In this document: positions 58,787-64,000 of the stretch, one piece after another
Position numbering within the stretch: position 1 is the first letter of the stretch
Layout: each line of letters starts with the position of its first letter
Source of the DNA: Thermodesulfobacteriota bacterium
GTDB taxonomy: Bacteria; Desulfobacterota; Desulfarculia; JACQYL01
Reading direction: 5' to 3'
Length of the DNA: 64,000 nt
Assembly (NCBI GenBank): GCA_963675595.2
Contig: CAXXLZ010000002.1
Span: 2,048,001-2,112,000 of the forward strand
Translations under genes and position numbers: made by a program
The notes under the pieces: generated by a model
The model's database searches: none
Told to the model about the DNA's origin: nothing
The model's input: only the letters and a program-made list of their open reading frames with translations

Positions 58787-59311
58787 TCAATCGTCGAATT
58801 GAAACTTCGCCAAATAAGCCTCCAACCGATTCCGTCGATCGCCGTCAATTGGAGGACAATCCTGAGCCCCCTTGACGCCCTCGGCGGCACGCACGGCAAA
58901 CACCATGCAGGTAGGCTGACCGCATTCCCCGCAGTTGGTGCCCGGCAGCAGCTTTAGGATATCCAACACCTTGGGCCTGCCGGCCGCCGTAGTGCTGGGT
59001 TCAATTTCAGCGCGCTGATCCCAGGTTTCGTTGATTTCTCTGCGAAGCCACTCCAGGATTCGATCGGCTTCCTCTTCGTCCTTCAACGCGTTGATGGCGA
59101 TTTCCCGGGCGTGAACCGTAATCAATCTGCCTTGGACGCGGAAAGTGACCGACGGAGGACTCTGGGTATACTGGAATCCTCCCAGCCTGGAGTTCAGATA
59201 GGGGAGAACTTCGGCCACGTCCTCCTCCAGATGGGCCACGCAATGTACGGATTGGAAACTCGGATTGCATTTGGGCCGGAAGATGTCCTTCCGGTAGGAC
59301 TTGAGCAGCAT
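58787..59311 (-). CDS. Fe-S cluster domain protein (C-terminal CxxCxxxxC...C)
   Basis: LPYLN; LLPGTNCGECGQPTCMVFA...DCPP; AAGGAGG RBS before ATG 59311. Confidence 0.85.
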   Translation of the reverse strand: MLLKSYRKDIFRPKCNPSFQSVHCVAHLEEDVAEVLPYLNSRLGGFQYTQSPPSVTFRVQGRLITVHAREIAINALKDEEEADRILEWLRREINETWDQRAEIEPSTTAAGRPKVLDILKLLPGTNCGECGQPTCMVFAVRAAEGVKGAQDCPPIDGDRRNRLEAYLAKFQFDD

Positions 59312-59444
59312 ATCTTTCCTCCTTTCCCTCCCCCGACGAACGGGACGCGCGACTCGGCGGCACTCCGGCGTCCGCCTGAGGCGGATTTCCGGAAACGTAC
59401 CCGAGATAAGGAATCCGTACAGATAAGGATGAGTGCCCGGAGGC

Positions 59445-59867
59445 TCAGGCGCAGCAGGAGGAAGCACCCCCGGAAGGGTCGGTTCCCGCCGGCGAGGTCG
59501 AAGCCGTCTCTCGGGCCGCGTTTTTCACTCGCTCGATTTCTTCCTCGACCAAGTCGAAATTCTTGTTCTTCTCGATTCCCAGATCCGTGATCACCAGATA
59601 ACCCCGCAAAGGCACGCCCGCTTTCTCAAAAATGGCCTTGGCACACCCCACGGAACAACCGTCGATGACCACCAGCCCGGAAACGTCTTTCGCGGATTGA
59701 ACGAAACCGCTGAGTTCCCCGCCGATACCGGCAAGACAAAACATGCGACCAAAGCCCTCCCGCGTCAATTCCACGGCCGCCCGGTTGGACAACTGACCTA
59801 CGTTGGAGCCTCCCGAACACGACAGAATCATGGTGCTCGAGCCTTGGGCGCAGCATTCCGAACTCAT
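59445..59867 (-). CDS. DGC-domain putative zinc/metal-binding protein
   Basis: SCSGGSNVGQ, CLAGIG, IDGCSVGCAK. Confidence 0.88.
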   Translation of the reverse strand: MSSECCAQGSSTMILSCSGGSNVGQLSNRAAVELTREGFGRMFCLAGIGGELSGFVQSAKDVSGLVVIDGCSVGCAKAIFEKAGVPLRGYLVITDLGIEKNKNFDLVEEEIERVKNAARETASTSPAGTDPSGGASSCCA

Positions 59868-59892
59868 GGCATTTCCTCCTTTGGACGTTTGC

Positions 59893-60132
59893 TCAATTCG
59901 CCTCTGAGATCCAGGTCTTCACCTGGTCTATGGTGGGAACTTTGCCCGAAATCTTCACCTTACCGTCCACAACCACACCGGGGGTGGCGAAGATGCCGAA
60001 CTTGGCGATGTCCAACGGGTTTCCAACCTTTTCTATATGAGCATCCACTCCCGTCTCCGCTACGGCCTCGGCCACCACCTTCTCCGTCTGCTTACATTTG
60101 GCGCATCCGGGTCCCAACACTTTGATATCCAT
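59893..60132 (-). CDS. Small redox-active disulfide protein (MTH895-like thioredoxin)
   Basis: IKVLGPGCAKC, TPGVVVDGKVK.SGKVP. Confidence 0.9.
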   Translation of the reverse strand: MDIKVLGPGCAKCKQTEKVVAEAVAETGVDAHIEKVGNPLDIAKFGIFATPGVVVDGKVKISGKVPTIDQVKTWISEAN

Positions 60133-60194
60133 CTGAACCTCTCCTTAAGTTTATCATTTATCGGCTTCGTTGTTTCTTTTCACGATGAATCCGA

Positions 60195-61370
60195 TCACGC
60201 TCCCACCAGCGCACCGTAGACAATCCCGGCGATGGTCGACAAAATCACGATGATTCCACAGAACACGACCGTCTTTTTCGCCCCCATGACTCCCGCGATG
60301 ACCAGCATGTTGGGTAGAGAAAGCGCCGGCCCCGCCAGCAAGAGCGCCAGCGCCGGCCCCTTCCCCATGCCGGCTCCCAGCAATCCCTGAAGGATGGGAA
60401 CCTCCGTCAAGGTGGCGAAGTACATGAAGGCTCCGGCCACGGCCGCGAACAGGTTCGCCCAGATTGAATTTCCTCCCACCAAGGTCTGTACGTAGGCTTC
60501 CGGAATCAGGGCCGGGTGCCCCGGACGCCCCAACAGAAATCCGGCCACCAGGACCCCCGCTCCCAGCAAAGGGAAGATCTGTTTCATGAATCCCCAGGAG
60601 GAGTCCACCCAATCGATCCGTTCCTCTTTGGAGAACCATTTCATCAGCATCAGAAACATCACCCCCAGAAACACGGCGGTCAGCACCCATTTGACCCTGA
60701 AGATCGCGGCCCACAGACCGCCCTCACCGGGGGCAGGCTGTGCAAAAGCGGCAAACACCAGGATCAACACGAGAGACAATACGAAGAGGGCGTCCTGCGT
60801 GAGCGTTCGCCCTTTCTCTTCCTCGTCGGGAAGGACAATGTCGCCTGCGAGGCGCGCGGCATCGTCTTTCCTGAAAATGAGAGCCATGAGCAATCCCGTG
60901 ACCACGGCGAAGATCACCGCGCCTATGGCTCGGGCGAGGCCCAATTGCCATCCCAGGACCCGGGCCGTAAGCACAATGGCCAGCACGTTGATGGCCGGTC
61001 CCGAGTAGAGGAAGGCCGTTGCCGGTCCGATGCCCGCGCCTCGGGTGAAGATGCCGGCGAACAAGGGGAGAACGGTGCAGGAGCAAACGGCCAGAATGGT
61101 TCCGGAAACCGACGCCACCGAATAGGACACGAACTTGTTGGCCTGAGCCCCGAAGTATTTGAGCACCGACGCCTGGGACACGAAAACCGCAATGGCCCCG
61201 GCGATGAAGAAAGCGGGAATCAGGCAGGTGAGCACGTGCCGGCGGGCGTAGTCCTGGAGCATGAGAAAGGCTTCCAGTCCCGATTGCCTGATTACGGGGG
61301 AACTCCAGGGCACGAAGTACGCGGCGGCGAACACGGAAACAATGAGCAACAGCTTGGACTTTTCGGACAT
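60195..61370 (-). CDS. DUF318 / ArsP-like permease
   Basis: LAVCSCTVLPLF, FLYSGPAIN, MYFATLTEVP, LAGPALSLP. Confidence 0.9.
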   Translation of the reverse strand: MSEKSKLLLIVSVFAAAYFVPWSSPVIRQSGLEAFLMLQDYARRHVLTCLIPAFFIAGAIAVFVSQASVLKYFGAQANKFVSYSVASVSGTILAVCSCTVLPLFAGIFTRGAGIGPATAFLYSGPAINVLAIVLTARVLGWQLGLARAIGAVIFAVVTGLLMALIFRKDDAARLAGDIVLPDEEEKGRTLTQDALFVLSLVLILVFAAFAQPAPGEGGLWAAIFRVKWVLTAVFLGVMFLMLMKWFSKEERIDWVDSSWGFMKQIFPLLGAGVLVAGFLLGRPGHPALIPEAYVQTLVGGNSIWANLFAAVAGAFMYFATLTEVPILQGLLGAGMGKGPALALLLAGPALSLPNMLVIAGVMGAKKTVVFCGIIVILSTIAGIVYGALVGA

Positions 61371-61384
61371 GGGCTTATCTTCCT

Positions 61385-61404
61385 ATATACCAATATTGGA
61401 ATAT
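61385..61404. promoter_or_regulatory. Palindrome, candidate ArsR operator 2
   Basis: ATATACCAATATTGGAATAT; resembles the 61758-61775 palindrome. Confidence 0.55.
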
Positions 61405-61418
61405 TATGGCCAAAACTT

Positions 61419-61748
61419 TCATCCCAACACTTTGAACGCCCGGCTTCGCTGCTGAATCACTTCCAAGGCGCAATTAAAAAAATTCAACACGCAAGGAGTC
61501 TCCAAATGATAGAAGATTTTGGCGCCGTCTTTGCGGTCGTCGACGATCCCGGCGTTCTTGAGCACGGATAAATGTTTGGACACCGTGGGTTGGCCGACGC
61601 CCAGCCTCTCGGCCAGCTCCCCCACGCACAAATCCTTTTCTCGCAGCGCATCCACGAGCATCAGCCGGGTTTCGTGTGCCAAAGCTTTGGCCACCTGTGC
61701 CCTCAATCGAAAAAGCGCCAATGATTCCGCATTGATTTCGTTTCCCAT
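61419..61748 (-). CDS. ArsR/SmtB-family transcriptional repressor
   Basis: KALAHETRL, LCVGEL, QPTVSKHLSVLKNAGIV. Confidence 0.93.
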   Translation of the reverse strand: MGNEINAESLALFRLRAQVAKALAHETRLMLVDALREKDLCVGELAERLGVGQPTVSKHLSVLKNAGIVDDRKDGAKIFYHLETPCVLNFFNCALEVIQQRSRAFKVLG

Positions 61749-61755
61749 GTTTTTT

Positions 61756-61784
61756 ATTATTCACATATGGGAATATAATGTCAA
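61756..61784 (-). promoter_or_regulatory. Promoter TTGACA-N17-AATAAT overlapped by a palindromic operator (61758-61775)
   Basis: Perfect -35; TATTCCCATATGTGAATA dyad in the spacer; ATG 7 nt after -10 and no SD. Confidence 0.65.
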
Positions 61785-62012
61785 GAGCAAAACAGCGCCC
61801 ACGGGAGGCTTCCTTCCCCTGGAAATTTCAGAGCTCGTGCCGTCCGCGCTTCTGCAACTCAATGCCGACCCACCTCGTATCAGCGGGCGGAAGCCTGAAA
61901 ACAGACTCCCGCCGAAGACTCTTCCGCTGCTGCTCCTGAAACGCTCAGGCCGGCCTTTTCCGAAAGCCCCTCCAAATGAGGCCGAGCACGACGAGACCGT
62001 GGTGTCGCACCG

Positions 62013-62327
62013 TCAGTTAAAAATTTTGCCCAACAGCCCCTTCTTCCTAGTTTCAGGAACGGGCATGCCCAATTCCCTGCAAATCGCAGTCTCAAGGACA
62101 TTCTCCTCCACGTCCGATCCTTCCACCACGATCTTGTCTCCTACCATGACGGCCGGAGCCACCGGCAAATCCAGTTCAAAATATTCGTCGGTGTTGTACG
62201 CCGCTTTGGGCTTGGATATGGTTTCGATTTCGATTTGGTATTTTCCGCCCAACCTGGGCATCATTTCTTTGAAATGCCTTCAGGGCCTTCCGTTGGGTTC
62301 GTTGAGAAAAAACCTGACCTTTAACAT
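62013..62327 (-). CDS. Putative selenoprotein with NEPxGxxU motif, thioredoxin-like fold, 104 aa (Sec at codon 16)
   Basis: AAGGAG RBS + ATG 62327; MLKVRFFLNEPNGRP-TGA(62280-62282)-RHFKEMMPRLGG continues in frame into ORF 62013..62264; SECIS-like hairpin downstream. Confidence 0.82.
62247..62282 (-). promoter_or_regulatory. Candidate bacterial SECIS element
   Basis: UGA + 20 nt + GCCCA-GGU-UGGGC stem-loop with G,G,U in the apical loop. Confidence 0.6.
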
Positions 62328-62441
62328 GTTGGCTCTCCTTACCTGATGAACTGCTTAGGCTCCGGTCTTCTGGCAGCCGAATTCCGCGGAGCGGGATCGG
62401 GCCGGAGCCGGTTTTCCCATAGCCTGAATGCCCCCACCAAG

Positions 62442-62948
62442 TTAGAATTTCTGGGTCTTGATGCTGTGGTAGACCGCCTTGCACATGCTGGAAGATCCGC
62501 CCGCAACACCTTCGCGATTCTTGAACCCTTCCGTTTGCTTCAGACTCTCCAGATACGTCTCCGGGTCATCCAGCTCTACCCACGCCTGTTCCACAGGCAC
62601 CTCCGGTCTAATACGGAAAAGCAGGCCGTCCCCGTACGGGTCTTTCACGACCACCCCAGGGTCCTCGGACACGGCCCTGTTGAATCGGATGGTCCCCGCC
62701 ACGGGAGCTTCCAGGTATTTCAGTTTCGTGGTAATGGCCACCCCTATCGCCCGGCCTTTCTCCACCGACTCACCCTCGTTCACCAACTCGCTCAAGTCGA
62801 CAAAGGCGCCTACCAGTACGAGGGTGGGTTCTGCCAGGCCGAAAACCAGCTCCGCGCCTTCCCGGCGTCCCCACAGGCCCTGCTTGGCGTCGTATTTCAA
62901 GTCTTCCGGGATTTCCACCGTTCTCCCTAAAAACTTATCGATGATCAT
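62442..62948 (-). CDS. Glycine-cleavage-H-like (lipoyl carrier-like) protein with C-terminal extension
   Basis: IPEDLKY, GVAITTK (Lys at the lipoyl position), APVAGTI, DPYGDG.LFRI; ATG 62948. Confidence 0.78.
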   Translation of the reverse strand: MIIDKFLGRTVEIPEDLKYDAKQGLWGRREGAELVFGLAEPTLVLVGAFVDLSELVNEGESVEKGRAIGVAITTKLKYLEAPVAGTIRFNRAVSEDPGVVVKDPYGDGLLFRIRPEVPVEQAWVELDDPETYLESLKQTEGFKNREGVAGGSSSMCKAVYHSIKTQKF

Positions 62949-62970
62949 GACGATTCCCCGCCGTCTCCTT

Positions 62971-64000
62971 TCATTCCGGTTTGTGCGTGCCCCCCGCTCT
63001 CCTTGCCGCTCTTGGCTCGGGAGCCGAAACAACCGCATCCATCAACTCCAGGAACCTCGAAGGCGGCACGAAGTCCACCAACCTGAGGTCCCTCCTTTCC
63101 TTTCCATGCCCGTCCAGGAAGACCACCGTGGGAACACCCTTGATTCCGTATTCCCTCAACAGCCGTTCGTTCAGTGGATTTCCACTCTTGGTCACGTCGA
63201 TCTTGACCATGACGACTTCCTCATCTCCCCGCTTCACGATCCGAGGATCATGGAACACTTCCTCATCGAGAGCTCGGCAGGGAGAACACCAATCCGCGTA
63301 GAAGTCCATGATGACGGGCTTGTCGGCTTCCACCGCTTGGCGAAGCAGATCGTCCGAGTAGGCGTGCCAAGAAACGCCGGGACCTCTGACGGCCCATTCC
63401 CCCACCAGAAGGCAGGACACCAGCACACCCAGGATGAGGACTCCTCGTTTCATCCAAACGAAAGCCGAAAAGGCGGCCCTGGTCTTGTCCAACAAGCCCA
63501 GGTGAACGCCGGCCGCCAAAGCGACGCCGGCTGAGAGAAAGACGAAAGTCGTTTCCGACAGAAGCGGCTGAAGGAAGTAGGCCGCCATGCCCACCAGAAT
63601 CCAGCCCATGAGCTTGCGCACCCACACCATCCATTCCCCGGACCGGGGCAGGCGCTCGATCTTTCCTGAGAACAACGCCAGAAGGAACAGCGGAAGGCCG
63701 AGACCGAGGCTTAGGGTGAAAAACACCAGGAATCCCATCCAGGCCGATCCGGTGCTCGCCACCCAGGTGAGCAGTCCCAGAACAAAGGGACCAATGCATG
63801 GGGCGGCCACCACCCCCAGGGTGATCCCCATGAACAGGGATCCGAACCACCCCGCATGCGGTTTGGAGGCGGCTTGCGTCAAGAATCCGGGCAAGCGAAG
63901 CTCCCAGAATCCGAACATGCTGCTCGCGAAAACCAGCAACACCACGGCCACCGTGACAAGCACCGCCGGATTCTGCAGCAATGCTCCTAAAAGACCGCCG
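62971..64000 (-). CDS. DsbD-type thiol:disulfide interchange protein, 5' end outside the window
   Basis: VAAPCIGP TM motif, LPRSGEWM, DFYADWCSPC thioredoxin domain, GVPT; frame open to the window edge. Confidence 0.9.
   Translation of the reverse strand, partial: GGLLGALLQNPAVLVTVAVVLLVFASSMFGFWELRLPGFLTQAASKPHAGWFGSLFMGITLGVVAAPCIGPFVLGLLTWVASTGSAWMGFLVFFTLSLGLGLPLFLLALFSGKIERLPRSGEWMVWVRKLMGWILVGMAAYFLQPLLSETTFVFLSAGVALAAGVHLGLLDKTRAAFSAFVWMKRGVLILGVLVSCLLVGEWAVRGPGVSWHAYSDDLLRQAVEADKPVIMDFYADWCSPCRALDEEVFHDPRIVKRGDEEVVMVKIDVTKSGNPLNERLLREYGIKGVPTVVFLDGHGKERRDLRLVDFVPPSRFLELMDAVVSAPEPRAARRAGGTHKPE

Noticed and set aside
59350-59447. Sec read-through of the DGC protein stop (…SSCCA-TGA)
   Set aside because: The domain is already complete, no convincing SECIS hairpin follows, and read-through would run out of frame over the next gene.
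62358-62409. Hairpin GGCTCCGG...CCGGAGCC between the gcvH-like and selenoprotein genes as a riboswitch or terminator
   Set aside because: Only an 8-10-bp GC stem with a large loop, no U-tract and no known aptamer motif; plausible by chance at this GC content.

Overview
GC-rich bacterial chromosome segment, most consistent with Desulfobacterota (Deltaproteobacteria); this is inferred from gene content and order. (i) 0.8-4.8 kb: PBP1A and a radical SAM protein with its SPASM-like domain at the N-terminus. (ii) 4.9-38.7 kb, minus strand: a contiguous translation/transcription supercluster (tRNA Thr-Tyr-Gly-Thr, tuf, rpmG, tRNA-Trp, secE, nusG, rplKAJL, rpoBC, str, S10, spc and alpha operons) with two near-identical tuf copies and no infA. 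(iii) 39-47 kb: RACo-like ASKHA protein, mqnD, cvpA, an in-frame MazG-RNase III fusion, an Elp3-like radical SAM, era and an orphan DNA methyltransferase. (iv) 47-53 kb: a chemoreceptor split by an intact 1278-bp IS4 element (16-bp TIRs, 9-bp TSD), MITE-like repeats and two secreted DUF1566 paralogues, one with an IPTL-CTERM-like tail. (v) 53-64 kb, minus strand: an arsenic/thiol-redox cluster (ArsR, DUF318 permease, Acr3, ArsC, four thioredoxin-fold proteins, CcdA, DGC and Fe-S proteins, CoA-disulfide-reductase-like enzyme). Directly upstream lies a DsbD / GcvH-like / selenoprotein module. The selenoprotein (NEPNGRPU, in-frame TGA plus SECIS-like hairpin) is truncated in the ORF track. This module and the MazG-RNase III fusion are the most interesting signals. 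All calls were made by eye, without database searches.
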